Part shown: positions 29,457 to 39,634 of the stretch, one piece after another
Layout of the letters: every line of letters starts with the position of its first letter
Position numbering within the stretch: the stretch's first letter is position 1
Notes under the pieces: generated by a model
Database searches by the model: none
What the model was told of the DNA's origin: nothing
Seen by the model: only the letters and a program-made list of their open reading frames with translations
NCBI GenBank assembly: GCA_963838925.1
Contig: CAWISW010000001.1
Span: forward strand, 192,001 to 256,000
Direction of reading: 5' to 3'
DNA from: an uncultured Nitrososphaerota archaeon
GTDB taxonomy: Archaea; Thermoproteota; Nitrososphaeria; Nitrososphaerales; Gagatemarchaeaceae
DNA: 64,000 bases
Position numbers and translations under genes: made by a program

Positions 29457-30179
29457 ATGGCACTAGCTCTTTCAGGACCGAGGAGGCTCGGTCTGCCCGG
29501 TTCCGTGAAAGAGTGCCTCTCAGAGCTACTCGGCACCTACTTCCTCGTTCTCATCGGGTCCGCCTCGGTCGTGACGGTGTCCCTCTTCCCCTTTCTCACC
29601 TCAGTCGAGGCATTGGCGTTGGTCGCATTGGTCTTCGGCTCCACCGTGGCGACGATAATCGTCGTGCTAGGCAGGCACTCTGGCGCCCACATCAACCCCG
29701 CGATCAGCGTCGCGAGCGCGGTCGCTGACACTTCAAAGCGACGCTCGCTGGCTCCCTACGTCGCATTCCAGGTCGCAGGCGCTCTCTTCGCGGGGCTGAG
29801 CCTGAAGCTGTTGTTCGGCGGCCTCGCTCCCAACATGTACCTCGGCTCCACCAAGCTAGGCGCGGGCGTGTCTCCAATCGAAGGGATCGCGCTTGAGATG
29901 CTCGGGACCTTCGTGCTCGCGATCTCGGCGCTGTCGGCGTCGTCGTTCTTCACCCACCCGGTGAAGCAGGCCGCTCTTGTCGGGACGACGCTCTTCGCCC
30001 TCATATTGGTCTTCGGGCCGCTGACCGGCGCGTCCTTCAACCCTTCGAGGAGCATCGGGCCCTCGGTCTTCTCAGGCTACCTCGCCAACCAGGCGGTCTA
30101 CTGGATCGGGCCCCTGCTGGGCGCCATCTTGGCCGGCTCGCTGTTCGCACTGGTGAAGAGACCCCATGGTCGGAGATAG
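29457..30179 (+). CDS. MIP family aquaporin/aquaglyceroporin (probable arsenite channel)
   Basis: SGAHINPA and SFNPSRS boxes; YWIGPLLGA; overlaps arsC. Confidence 0.9.
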   Translation: MALALSGPRRLGLPGSVKECLSELLGTYFLVLIGSASVVTVSLFPFLTSVEALALVALVFGSTVATIIVVLGRHSGAHINPAISVASAVADTSKRRSLAPYVAFQVAGALFAGLSLKLLFGGLAPNMYLGSTKLGAGVSPIEGIALEMLGTFVLAISALSASSFFTHPVKQAALVGTTLFALILVFGPLTGASFNPSRSIGPSVFSGYLANQAVYWIGPLLGAILAGSLFALVKRPHGRR

Positions 30180-30579
30180 GGCCTCCCTTCTTTTCGTCTG
30201 CGTCGAGAACGCGGGCCGCAGCCAGATGGCAGAGGCGTTCGCGAGGAAGCTCGGCGCGAAGGCATCGAGCGCCGGAACCGTCCCCTCTTCGAGGGTCAAC
30301 CCCGTCGTGGTGGAGGCGATGAAGGAGAAGGGGATCGACCTCTCGTCGAACAAGCCCAGGATGCTCACCAGCGAGATGATCGACCGGGCGAGCGTGGTCG
30401 TTACGATGGGCTGCTCGGTGGAGGACGTCTGCCCCAGGCCGATGCTGGCCAAGATGCAGAAGAAGCTCGTGGACTGGCACATCGACGACCCGAAGGGGAA
30501 GCCTGTGGCCGAGGTCAGGGAGATAAGGGACGAGATAGAGCAGAAGGTAAGGGCGCTGCTGGCTAGCGCCCCTAACTAG
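30166..30579 (+). CDS. arsC: Arsenate reductase, LMW-PTP fold
   Basis: CVENAGRSQMAE P-loop; MGCSVEDVCP; WHIDDPKG. Confidence 0.88.
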   Translation: MVGDRASLLFVCVENAGRSQMAEAFARKLGAKASSAGTVPSSRVNPVVVEAMKEKGIDLSSNKPRMLTSEMIDRASVVVTMGCSVEDVCPRPMLAKMQKKLVDWHIDDPKGKPVAEVREIRDEIEQKVRALLASAPN

Positions 30580-31546
30580 GCCCCTGGCCGAGCCTTCGAA
30601 GGATGAGCAACGCCCTGTACGTTATCATCTTGCTCGGGCGACCCGGCTTCTCCAGCCCGAAGGGGGTGGGCGCCTGCTTGACGTGCTTGGAGTACCACTC
30701 GGCCGTCCCTCCTTCGAGGTCGGGGTGCACCGCGTCCAGGTTCCACCTGCCGTCGGCGCGCATCTTCGACTTGAGCACGGCTATCGCTCCCGTCAGCCTC
30801 TCGTCGTCGCCGTAGCCCAGCGCGGTCATGAAGTCCAGCCCCACCAGCAGGTCGTAGTAGTAGTGCACCGGGTAGTGGAACCTGTACCAAGGCTCGTAGC
30901 GCGCCCCCTGCTGGTCCATCGACTTTCTGAGATAGAACTCGGCCCCCTTCTCTACCGCGATCTTGATCGCCTTCGTCCAGGACCGCCTTGGGAGCGCCGC
31001 GAACGCGCTCATGCCCTCCCAGGAGTCCAGGTTCCCCCCCGACCCGAAGCACGACCATCCTCCGTTGCCGGCTTGGTTCAGAACGAGCCACTCGAAGGCG
31101 CTCTTCACCTTCGGGTCGTCTGCGTAACCGAACTTCACGAGCGCCCTCGCCGTGTTCCCGGCGATGCAGAGGTGGCTGGACTTTGATCCGTCGGAGCCGA
31201 ACCCTCCGTCGGCCTTGGAGAACCTGTCCCTCCACAGCTCGCACGCCCTTCGGATTCGGGGGTCACCTTCCTTCGTAAGCCCGAGGTCAGACAGGATCAG
31301 CAGCATCCAGTTCGTCGAAAGGTACTTCGGGCGGTAGAGGTTCTCCTCGTGTACCCACCATCCGCCGGGCTTCTGCTTGGCTAGTATGTCGGCTGCCCAC
31401 CCTTCCTGGCCTATCCTCTTCTTCGCCGCCTCGACCTCGGGGTCCTTCTCAGGCCTTCCAAGGATCTGCGTCAGCGTGAGGTATCTCATGGAGGGCTCCT
31501 GCTCCTCGAGGAGCCACTCAATCGCGCCTTGCTTCGCCTTGACCAT
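30572..31546 (-). CDS. Prenyltransferase/squalene-oxidase repeat (alpha/alpha barrel) protein
   Basis: QW-like repeats QKPGGW, QAGNGGW, MRADGRW; FHYPVHYYYDLL; PSKMIT. Confidence 0.7.
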   Translation of the reverse strand: MVKAKQGAIEWLLEEQEPSMRYLTLTQILGRPEKDPEVEAAKKRIGQEGWAADILAKQKPGGWWVHEENLYRPKYLSTNWMLLILSDLGLTKEGDPRIRRACELWRDRFSKADGGFGSDGSKSSHLCIAGNTARALVKFGYADDPKVKSAFEWLVLNQAGNGGWSCFGSGGNLDSWEGMSAFAALPRRSWTKAIKIAVEKGAEFYLRKSMDQQGARYEPWYRFHYPVHYYYDLLVGLDFMTALGYGDDERLTGAIAVLKSKMRADGRWNLDAVHPDLEGGTAEWYSKHVKQAPTPFGLEKPGRPSKMITYRALLILRRLGQGPS

Positions 31547-31551
31547 TCAGC

Positions 31552-32001
31552 CTAGCGCCTCGTCTCGACTTGCGTCCGACCGGCGGCTTCGCTCCCACCA
31601 GAGCCCCTGCGCTCGTCTCTGAGCGAACAACTCTGGTGGAGCCTGGAGAGCGTCGAGTACGCGAACGCAACGGCGCCCGCTCCTCCTGGCACGGCCTCCA
31701 CCATCCGCGAAGCAACACGGCCCCCTGGGGAGAGCAGGCGCGTCAGGGGCAGCAGCGCCTCGGAGCCGCTCAAGACGTCCGCCGCGCTCGTCGCGCTTCG
31801 AGCCGGACGTATCAGGTGGAAGGAAGCGTAGCGCAGCGCTGGTTTGACGCTCGCCAACAGCCCCGAGCCCTCCGCAGCCTCTATCGAGACGAACCTTATC
31901 GTCCTATCCGGGTCGAGAAGGTGCACGGCTGCCTTGAAGCTAGAGCAGGGCCCGCACTTGTCGTCGAAAGCGAGGATGACCTGGGGTGCCCTTGAGGCCA
32001 A
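31552..32001 (-). CDS. DCC1-like thiol-disulfide oxidoreductase
   Basis: N-terminal FDDKCGPC (DxxCxxC). Confidence 0.75.
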   Translation of the reverse strand: MASRAPQVILAFDDKCGPCSSFKAAVHLLDPDRTIRFVSIEAAEGSGLLASVKPALRYASFHLIRPARSATSAADVLSGSEALLPLTRLLSPGGRVASRMVEAVPGGAGAVAFAYSTLSRLHQSCSLRDERRGSGGSEAAGRTQVETRR

Positions 32002-32123
32002 GCGACTCCACTTTGTTCGGGTCGGAAGACGATATAAGGAGTGGTGAAAGATTTAGTCGAAGATTCCTCAGCCTCCAGAGGCAACAATAGATTAAAGAAC
32101 GAAACCCCAAAGGGGCGATTGTC

Positions 32124-33065
32124 TTGTCTGCGATAGAGGTCTCCTCCCTGAAGAAGGCCTACGGCGCGCTTCAGGCCGTCGACGCGATCTCGTTCTCCGT
32201 CGACGTGGGGGAGGTGTTCTCACTGCTCGGTCCCAACGGCGCGGGAAAGACGACCACCATCGAGATCCTCGAGGGCCTCAGGGAGAGGGACGGAGGCGAC
32301 GTCAAGGTGTTGGGGATCGACCCCTGGAAGCAAGGTTACTCAGTCCACGAGAAGATCGGCGTGATCCCGCAGGGCTTCAAGTTCGTCGACTACGCCACAC
32401 CAAAGGAGGCAATAAGATACTACGCAGACCTCTTCGGCGTGAAGGCGGACGCCGACGCGATCCTCAAGAAGGTGATACTGGAGGACTCTGCCGACGTCTA
32501 CTTCTCGAGGCTCTCGGGTGGGCAGAAGCAGAAGGTCGGCCTGGCGCTCGCTCTCGTGAACAACCCACAGCTCGTCTTCCTAGACGAGCCGACCACGGGG
32601 CTAGACCCGCAGGCCAGGAGGGCGGTGTGGGAGGTAATCCGGAACCTGAAGAGCGAGGGCAGGACGGTACTCCTGACAACACACTACCTCGAAGAGGCGG
32701 AGGAGCTCGCGGACAAGGTGGCCATAATGAACAAGGGCAGGATCATCACGTCGGGGACGCCGACCGAGATAATCCAACGGCACGGAGCAGGGGAGAAGAT
32801 AAGGGTCAAGGGCGACCAGAAGCTCGTGGACTATCTCAAAAAGTCCGTCCCCTCCCTTCCGGTGGACTACAACAGAGAAAGCGGCGACATCAACGTCCTG
32901 ATCAAGCGAAAGGAGGACTCGCTCGCCGTCTTGGAGGCGATACAAAGGTCCGGATGCCAGTGGACAGACCTCAGCATGCAGCGGGAGAGCTTGGAGGACG
33001 TCTTCGTGAAGCTCATCGGCGACGAGGGGTCCGGCGCCGACCAGGTCGCCGTGAGGAGCGCGTGA
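32124..33065 (+). CDS. ABC-2 type exporter ATP-binding protein
   Basis: GPNGAGKT, LSGGQKQ, LDEPTTGLD, TTHYLEEAE. Confidence 0.93.
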   Translation: MSAIEVSSLKKAYGALQAVDAISFSVDVGEVFSLLGPNGAGKTTTIEILEGLRERDGGDVKVLGIDPWKQGYSVHEKIGVIPQGFKFVDYATPKEAIRYYADLFGVKADADAILKKVILEDSADVYFSRLSGGQKQKVGLALALVNNPQLVFLDEPTTGLDPQARRAVWEVIRNLKSEGRTVLLTTHYLEEAEELADKVAIMNKGRIITSGTPTEIIQRHGAGEKIRVKGDQKLVDYLKKSVPSLPVDYNRESGDINVLIKRKEDSLAVLEAIQRSGCQWTDLSMQRESLEDVFVKLIGDEGSGADQVAVRSA

Positions 33066-33072
33066 GGCTGGA

Positions 33073-34176
33073 ATGATCAGCTTCAGGCGCATCAAGGCAG
33101 ACCTGACCGTCTTCGGGCGCGGCTACCTGAGGAGCCGTGTCGGCCTGTTCTTCTCCCTCATCTTCCCGGTGATACTCATCCTCATGTTCGGGGCGATCTT
33201 CTCCGGGAACGGATCGACGACCGTACCGGTCTACGTCCAGAACAACGACGGAGGGAGCCCGGTGAGCACCGGCTTCATCAGCGCCCTCAACGCCACCAAC
33301 ACAATGCAGATCACCGCTGTCCCCTCCTCTGAGAACTTCACCCAGTACCTCACGTCCCACTCCGCGACGGCCGGGATCGTCATCCCCTCGGGCTTCATGG
33401 CGAGCTTCGCTGCCGGGCGTCCGGTCAACGTCACTGTGTACGGCAACCCGACCTCGAGCACCACCGGCATAGTCGAAGGCGTAACGGGCTCGGTGGTCAA
33501 CGAGTTCAACCTCCGCCACGCCAGCCCCAACGCGACCGCAATCATCGGGGTGCAGCAGCACTCGATCGGCTCCCAGTCATACAAGTACATCGACTACCTC
33601 GTCCCTGGCCTCATCGGCTTCTCGGTGCTCACCAGCCCTATGTTCGCCCTGGTGAACATCAGCTCACAGTACAAGAGAGACAAGGTCTTCAAGCAACTCT
33701 CGCTCACGCCGCTCACAAAGACGGAATGGCTGCTCTCAAAGATAACGTGGTACATCGCCCTCACGATAATCTCGTTCTTTCTCATGACCACGATCGGCGT
33801 GGGGCTGCTGGGCGCCCACGTCACATACTCCTTGGGAATCCTCCCGTTTCTCCTTCTAGGGCCGTTCCTCTTTGTCTCCCTAGGCATGCTCGTAGGGACC
33901 GTCTCGAAGAGCGTCGAGTCGGCCGCAGTCGTGGGGAACCTGGTCACCTTCCCGATGATGTTCCTCTCGGGCACCTTCTTCCCTGTGTCCACCATGCCGC
34001 AATACCTCCAGGGCATAGCACACGTGCTGCCGCTCTTCTACGTGATCGACGGGCTGAACAACGTCATGCTCTACGGCAACTACAGCGCCGCCCTCGTGGA
34101 CGTGGGAGTGCTCCTGGTCATCTCCCTGGTCGTGTTCACACTCGCAGTCCGCTTCTTCAAGTGGCGCGAGGACTGA
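33073..34176 (+). CDS. ABC-2 type exporter permease
   Basis: YIDYLVPG, PMMFLSGTFFP, six TMs. Confidence 0.9.
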   Translation: MISFRRIKADLTVFGRGYLRSRVGLFFSLIFPVILILMFGAIFSGNGSTTVPVYVQNNDGGSPVSTGFISALNATNTMQITAVPSSENFTQYLTSHSATAGIVIPSGFMASFAAGRPVNVTVYGNPTSSTTGIVEGVTGSVVNEFNLRHASPNATAIIGVQQHSIGSQSYKYIDYLVPGLIGFSVLTSPMFALVNISSQYKRDKVFKQLSLTPLTKTEWLLSKITWYIALTIISFFLMTTIGVGLLGAHVTYSLGILPFLLLGPFLFVSLGMLVGTVSKSVESAAVVGNLVTFPMMFLSGTFFPVSTMPQYLQGIAHVLPLFYVIDGLNNVMLYGNYSAALVDVGVLLVISLVVFTLAVRFFKWRED

Positions 34177-34270
34177 TGGATCGGGCAAGAGAGCAACCAT
34201 TCTTATCCTTCGTGGCCTGCCACGGCCCAGGCCGAGCAGATTTATCGGGGCGCAAAGAAGTGCGGAGGCG

Positions 34271-35062
34271 ATGGACCTGGGACTGAAGGGCAAGGTGGCG
34301 CTGGTCACCGCCGCCAGCAAGGGGATCGGGCTGGGGACTGCCAGGGTCCTTGCGAAAGAGGGGATGAAGGTCGCGATCTCCTCGAGAACTGGCGCGAACC
34401 TCGAGAGGGCCAGGGAACAGCTCGTCTCGGAGACCGGCTCCGAGGTCCTCGCCGTCCCGGCCGACATGACCGCGCGAGAAGACCTCGAAAGGCTCGTCGA
34501 GAGCACATCAAAGAAGCTCGGCGGAGTCGACGTCCTCGTCTACAACACAGGGCCGCCCAAGGCCGGCACGTTCGAGGAGCTCACCTACGAGGACTGGGAG
34601 CAGGCCACGAAGCTGCTCCTTCTGAGCGCGGTCACCCTTACCAAGGCCGTTGTGCCGCACATGAAGAGCAAGGGGTGGGGCAGACTCATCTACATCACCT
34701 CTCTCACCCTCAAGCAGCCCATAGGAAACCTGGTCCTCTCGAACACGGTCAGGCTGGGACTCGCGGGGCTCTCAAAGTCGCTCTCGAGGGAGCTCGGCCC
34801 CCTCGGGATAACCTCGAACGGCATAATCCAGGGCTACGTGAGGACTGACAGGATGGTCCGCCTTGTCGAAGAGAGGGCCTCGAAGACGGGAACGAGCGTC
34901 GACGAGGCTTACAAGGAGATGGTGAAGGGAATCCCTCTGGGGAGGTACGCAGAAGCCGAAGAGGTCGGCTACCTCGCCGCCTTCATAGCGAGCGACAAGG
35001 GCGCGTACCTGAACGGGGGCATGTTCACCATCGACGGGGGCTTGATCAGCTCCGTCTTCTGA
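34271..35062 (+). CDS. Short-chain dehydrogenase/reductase
   Basis: VTAASKGIG, NTGPP, IPLGRY, IDGG. Confidence 0.9.
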   Translation: MDLGLKGKVALVTAASKGIGLGTARVLAKEGMKVAISSRTGANLERAREQLVSETGSEVLAVPADMTAREDLERLVESTSKKLGGVDVLVYNTGPPKAGTFEELTYEDWEQATKLLLLSAVTLTKAVVPHMKSKGWGRLIYITSLTLKQPIGNLVLSNTVRLGLAGLSKSLSRELGPLGITSNGIIQGYVRTDRMVRLVEERASKTGTSVDEAYKEMVKGIPLGRYAEAEEVGYLAAFIASDKGAYLNGGMFTIDGGLISSVF

Positions 35063-35072
35063 GCGCGGCTCA

Positions 35073-36101
35073 CTACTTCCCGAGGTTGTTGGGTTCCTTT
35101 GCCGTCAGGTCCACAGCGATCTCCGCGATGTCCGAGCCGTACTCCGCGACCCTCCTCACGCTCTCCAGCACCAGCCTGAACCATCCGACGGTGCTCGGCT
35201 CCAACCCCGGCCTCAGCAGCTCTCCGGTCATCTTCTCGTCCATCTCTATGACCTTCCTGGTGAGGTTGATCGACTCGTTCGCCTTCTTCGTGTCGAGGTC
35301 GACCAGCGCGCTGACCGCCTGCCCGAGCACCTTCTGGGAGAGCTCGCTCATCTTCATGATGTCCTTGCCGACCTTCCCGAGCGCGTCCGCTCGGAGGCTG
35401 GGGACCAGCCTTGCGATCGCCGCCGCGTGGTCTGCTACCCTCTCGATGCTCTTCACTGCGAGCCTGTAACCAAGGCAGTCGCGGGCAGCCAAGAGGCCCA
35501 CCTCCTCGATGATCGCCCGGTTGCGCACCGCCATGTTGAGCTGCCTGACGATGAAGTGGTAGAACCTGTCCACCTCGTCGTCGCGCATTCCCACCTCTTC
35601 GGCCAGGCCGAGGTCCCCGCTCTGGAGCGAGAGCACGGCGTCCTGCACCATCCCCGACGCGATTATGGCCATCCTCTCGATAGCCTTCTTCAAGGGGAGG
35701 TCAGAGTAGCCTGAGAGGCACTGGGTGGTTATCCCGTTCGATGTCTCCTCGACGATCTCGATGCCTATGAGCTTCCTCCTGATAGTCTCTTTCAGGTAGG
35801 TCCTCAGCCCCGAGCTAGAACCTGAGATCCTAAGCCTGATTACGTCGTAACCCGCTAGGTAGTAGGAGATGAACGACCTGAGCGCCGTGTCCCTGTCAGC
35901 GTTCTCCTGCATCTCGATGAGCACCTCGCTCTTGGTCTCCTTCCTGAGGTCGTTCTTGGGCACGACCAGGAGCGACATGTCTGCCTGTGGTAGGACCAGC
36001 ACGGCGTCCTTCGCCTTCAAGCCCGCGTCGTTCACCCAAGACTTTGGCAACGACACCACGTAGCTGTTTCCACCCGTGATCTGGATCTTCCTGATTTCCA
36101 T
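35073..36101 (-). CDS. Archaeal phosphate uptake regulator (AbrB N-domain + PhoU domains)
   Basis: MEIRKIQITGGNSYVVSLPKSW; DDEVDR, IERVADHA; divergent from pstS. Confidence 0.92.
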   Translation of the reverse strand: MEIRKIQITGGNSYVVSLPKSWVNDAGLKAKDAVLVLPQADMSLLVVPKNDLRKETKSEVLIEMQENADRDTALRSFISYYLAGYDVIRLRISGSSSGLRTYLKETIRRKLIGIEIVEETSNGITTQCLSGYSDLPLKKAIERMAIIASGMVQDAVLSLQSGDLGLAEEVGMRDDEVDRFYHFIVRQLNMAVRNRAIIEEVGLLAARDCLGYRLAVKSIERVADHAAAIARLVPSLRADALGKVGKDIMKMSELSQKVLGQAVSALVDLDTKKANESINLTRKVIEMDEKMTGELLRPGLEPSTVGWFRLVLESVRRVAEYGSDIAEIAVDLTAKEPNNLGK

Positions 36102-36400
36102 TCCGGCAAAGGTGCATATAGATGCTCTATATATCTTATGCCGAATACGGGAAAATTGCGCTGACGTCGCGCCTGTCTCTGTTCTGCCGGTATTGCAATC
36201 GGTCATTTCACGCTAGAATTGGCAAAGGTTATTGTGGAAAGTCGCATTACTCGGTTACGACCAGAGCGAAAACGGAGCCTATCGGGCAATTTGCAGGCCG
36301 GCGCGATGTAAACTATAGCGCACCCATAGATATTGTCGGGCGCTATATTGAGCAATAGATTAATTCGGCGAGCAATAAATCGCCTGAAAAGTCTGGGAAA

Positions 36401-37753
36401 GTGAAGATGAAATTCGAAAGAACAGGAATCAGCACAGCAGCAATCGGCGCGATTGCGATAGTGGCAATAATAGTGGTGGGCGCGGGGGCATATCTAGCGG
36501 CCTCCGGCAGCGCTAAGACTACTACCGCGACCTCGACGATTACTGCGACACAAACCAATACTACTACAGCGACATCAACCGCCACGACGACGGCGGTATC
36601 AACTGCAACTGCGACTACAACAGCCACGGCTACAACAACAGCAATCTCGACGACCACCGCGGTCTCGACCACTACGGCTGTTTCAACCACTACCGCAACC
36701 TCAACGACAACTGCTACAGCGACGACGACAACCGGCGCTCCTGCATCTCTGAACGGAGCGGGGTCGACACTAGTCTTCCCTCTGATGTCGTCTTGGACTT
36801 TCGCATACCAGCAATACACAGGTAACGTGCAGGTCAACTACCAAAGCGTCGGCAGCGGCGCAGGGATAACAGACCTCACGCAGAAGACCGTCGACTTTGG
36901 CGCGTCGGATGCGCCCCCGTCGGCCGCCCAGATCGCCGCTTTCCCCTCGGGAGTCGTAGTGATTCCAGAGTCTGCTAGCGCGGTCGTGCCTGCATACAAC
37001 CTTCCAGGGATCGGCAACACCGTCAAGTTCACGGGAGCGGTCCTAGCGAATATCTTCCTCGGGAAGATAACGATGTGGAACGACCCGGCAATCGTGGCAC
37101 TCAACCCAACTCTCACAATGCCAGCACAACCAATCACAGTGGTCCACAGGTCGGACTCGAGCGGGACCATGTTCGCATTCACCAACTTCCTCTCTGACTC
37201 CAGCAGCGCATGGAAGACAGGACCCGGGACGGCAACTCTGCCCAACTGGCCTGTTGGCCTCGGTTGCAAGGGCAACGAGGGCGTCGCTGGATGCATACAG
37301 AACACCCCATACTCCATAGGACCACTCGAAATCGCGTATGAAATCGTCAACTCAGGACTCATTTCATACGGCTCGGTGGAAAACGCAGCGGGCAACTACG
37401 TCCTAGCGAACCTGACCAACATCGCCGCAGCGGTGACGGCGGGCGCAACGGGCTTGCCTGCAGGAAACGGAGTCTGGACCAACGTCTCCATCATCAACAA
37501 CATCTACAATGACACAGTCGACAGCACCGTCTATCCAATCACGACCTTCACATATCTGGTGGCCTACACAGCGCAGTCGAGCCAGGCGCAGGGATTGGCA
37601 CTCGTAAACTTCCTGCACTGGGTCGTCAACGATGCCCAGTCAGCGGGGACCAAGCTCGGATACGTCCCGATGCCTGCCAACGTGGTCGCCATAGACAACG
37701 CTTCGGTCAAACTGATCACCTTCAACGGAACACCCCTATACACGGGACCATAG
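36401..37753 (+). CDS. pstS: Phosphate ABC transporter substrate-binding protein
   Basis: LNGAGST, YQSVGSGAG, VDFGASD, VHRSDSSGT, YPITTFTY. Confidence 0.95.
   Translation: MKMKFERTGISTAAIGAIAIVAIIVVGAGAYLAASGSAKTTTATSTITATQTNTTTATSTATTTAVSTATATTTATATTTAISTTTAVSTTTAVSTTTATSTTTATATTTTGAPASLNGAGSTLVFPLMSSWTFAYQQYTGNVQVNYQSVGSGAGITDLTQKTVDFGASDAPPSAAQIAAFPSGVVVIPESASAVVPAYNLPGIGNTVKFTGAVLANIFLGKITMWNDPAIVALNPTLTMPAQPITVVHRSDSSGTMFAFTNFLSDSSSAWKTGPGTATLPNWPVGLGCKGNEGVAGCIQNTPYSIGPLEIAYEIVNSGLISYGSVENAAGNYVLANLTNIAAAVTAGATGLPAGNGVWTNVSIINNIYNDTVDSTVYPITTFTYLVAYTAQSSQAQGLALVNFLHWVVNDAQSAGTKLGYVPMPANVVAIDNASVKLITFNGTPLYTGP
36517..36735 (+). repeat. Thr-rich imperfect (STTTAV/ATATTT) stalk repeat in PstS
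   Basis: Protein-level tandem repeat with diverged synonymous codons. Confidence 0.75.
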
Positions 37754-37789
37754 CCTAAGGGCGCGGTCCTGTTTTATGATTAAGAGGAG

Positions 37790-38746
37790 ATGGCCCTGAA
37801 CAAGGGCCGCGGAGGACTGGGCTTCCCCCTGAAGGGGGACCAGGTCCTAAAGGGTCTCGTTGCCGCCGCCGCCATCTCGGTGGTGGTGCTGATGTTGGCC
37901 CTCGCCTACGAGCTCGTCGTAGGGTCACGCGCGTCGCTAGACCAGTTCGGCCTCGGCTTCATAGTCGGGACAGTTTGGGATCCCGTGCACAGCATTTACG
38001 GGGCGCTCCCTTACATCTACGGAACCCTCCTAACCTCCGCGCTCGCGCTCCTGTTCGGCCTGCCCATCAGCATCGGAGTCGCCGTCTTCCTAGTGGAAAA
38101 GCTGAAGACCCGCCACACCGAAGCCTACCTGATAGGTACTACTGTAGAGCTGCTCGCGGCGGTTCCCAGCGTGATCTACGGGCTTTGGGGGCTCTTCTTC
38201 CTCAGTCCTCTTCTAAAGACATACATCGAAAAGCCGCTACACAGATACTTCGGCGCTCTCCCCGTATTCTCCGGTACGCCCTTTGGCCTGGATTTCTTCA
38301 CCGCCGGAGTGATACTTGCAATAATGATAATCCCGACGATTTCTGCAGTCTCCCGGAACGTCCTGAACGCCGTTCCAACCAGCCAACGGGAGGCGATGTA
38401 TTCTCTGGGAGCCACCGACTGGGAGGTGATAAGCAAGGGGATCCTGCCCTACGCGCGCTCAGGGCTCTTTGGCGCAACAATCCTTGGGCTCGGCAGGGCT
38501 GTGGGGGAGACGATGGCAGTCACTTTCGTCATAGGAAACGCCACCAGGATATCGCCGTCCCTTTTCTCAGCCGGGTACACCCTGGCTAGCGCCATAGCCA
38601 ATCAGTTCTCAGAGTCGTCGTCCCCCGTCAGCACCGCGGCACTGGTAGAGTTGGGCCTGATACTCTTCATCCTAGCGCTCGCAATAAACATCTTCGCAAG
38701 GACCCTCCTCTGGCGGATGTCGAGGATGACCAGAGTGAAGATATAG
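37790..38746 (+). CDS. pstC: Phosphate ABC transporter permease
   Basis: ELLAAVPSVIYGLWG, GRAVGETMAV. Confidence 0.95.
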   Translation: MALNKGRGGLGFPLKGDQVLKGLVAAAAISVVVLMLALAYELVVGSRASLDQFGLGFIVGTVWDPVHSIYGALPYIYGTLLTSALALLFGLPISIGVAVFLVEKLKTRHTEAYLIGTTVELLAAVPSVIYGLWGLFFLSPLLKTYIEKPLHRYFGALPVFSGTPFGLDFFTAGVILAIMIIPTISAVSRNVLNAVPTSQREAMYSLGATDWEVISKGILPYARSGLFGATILGLGRAVGETMAVTFVIGNATRISPSLFSAGYTLASAIANQFSESSSPVSTAALVELGLILFILALAINIFARTLLWRMSRMTRVKI

Positions 38747-38758
38747 GAGCCGACGAGA

Positions 38759-39634
38759 TTGGAGAACCTAACTTCGATTCAGGCCAACGACAAGAGGCGG
38801 AAGTTCACAGACAGAGCGATGACTGTTCTGATATATGCGGCGGTGGTGATCGCAATTGCGCCCCTCTTGTTCATCCTGGGCGAGGTGGCCTACCGAGGAG
38901 CTCCGGTTCTCAATCTCGACTTCTTCACACATCTTCCCACGCCAGTGGGAGTCCCAGGGGGAGGAATAGCTCCCGCCATAGTCGGCTCGTTCATAATGGT
39001 CGGCCTCGCATCTTTGATCGCGATCCCGGTCGGGGTCGGGGCTGGGATATACTTCTCCGAGTGGCCCGAGGCGAGGCTTTCTACGCTGTCGAGCTTCATG
39101 AACGACGTCCTGGCAGAGTTCCCTTCCATAGTGGTGGGAATCTTCGTCTTCGTGGTTGTGGTCCTGGCGACCGGCACCTTCTCGGCCCTGGCCGGCGCCC
39201 TTTCACTGGCGATCATCATGATCCCCATAGTAGCCCGGACGACCGAGGAGTCTCTCAAGCTCGTCCCGAAGAGCCTAAGAGAGGCTTCGATGGCCTTGGG
39301 GGTATCAAGATGGAAGACCATCATCAGCATCGTCATCGCGACCGGAAGGGCGGGTCTCTTCACCGGAATCCTCCTCTCCATAGCGAGAGCTGCGGGAGAG
39401 ACCGCACCCCTGTTGTTCACAGCACTCGGGAACACATATTACTCGAAAACCCTGTTGCAGCCCATGGCGGCCATGCCCCTGCTCATCTATCAGTACGGAG
39501 TCTCGCCTTTCCTGGACTGGCAGGCCAAGGCCTGGGGCGCGGCCCTGGTCCTGGTGCTGGTGATGCTGGGCCTTAACCTCATGGTGAAGCTGACGGTTGG
39601 ACGAAGATCCTCACACATCAGGGCGGAGAACTAG
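38759..39634 (+). CDS. pstA: Phosphate ABC transporter permease
   Basis: PSIVVG, REASMALG, ARAAGETAP. Confidence 0.95.
   Translation: MENLTSIQANDKRRKFTDRAMTVLIYAAVVIAIAPLLFILGEVAYRGAPVLNLDFFTHLPTPVGVPGGGIAPAIVGSFIMVGLASLIAIPVGVGAGIYFSEWPEARLSTLSSFMNDVLAEFPSIVVGIFVFVVVVLATGTFSALAGALSLAIIMIPIVARTTEESLKLVPKSLREASMALGVSRWKTIISIVIATGRAGLFTGILLSIARAAGETAPLLFTALGNTYYSKTLLQPMAAMPLLIYQYGVSPFLDWQAKAWGAALVLVLVMLGLNLMVKLTVGRRSSHIRAEN

Noticed and set aside
36401-39634. Somewhat lower GC of pstSCA as a mobile island
   Set aside because: No boundaries, repeats or mobility genes; amino-acid composition and expression bias could explain it
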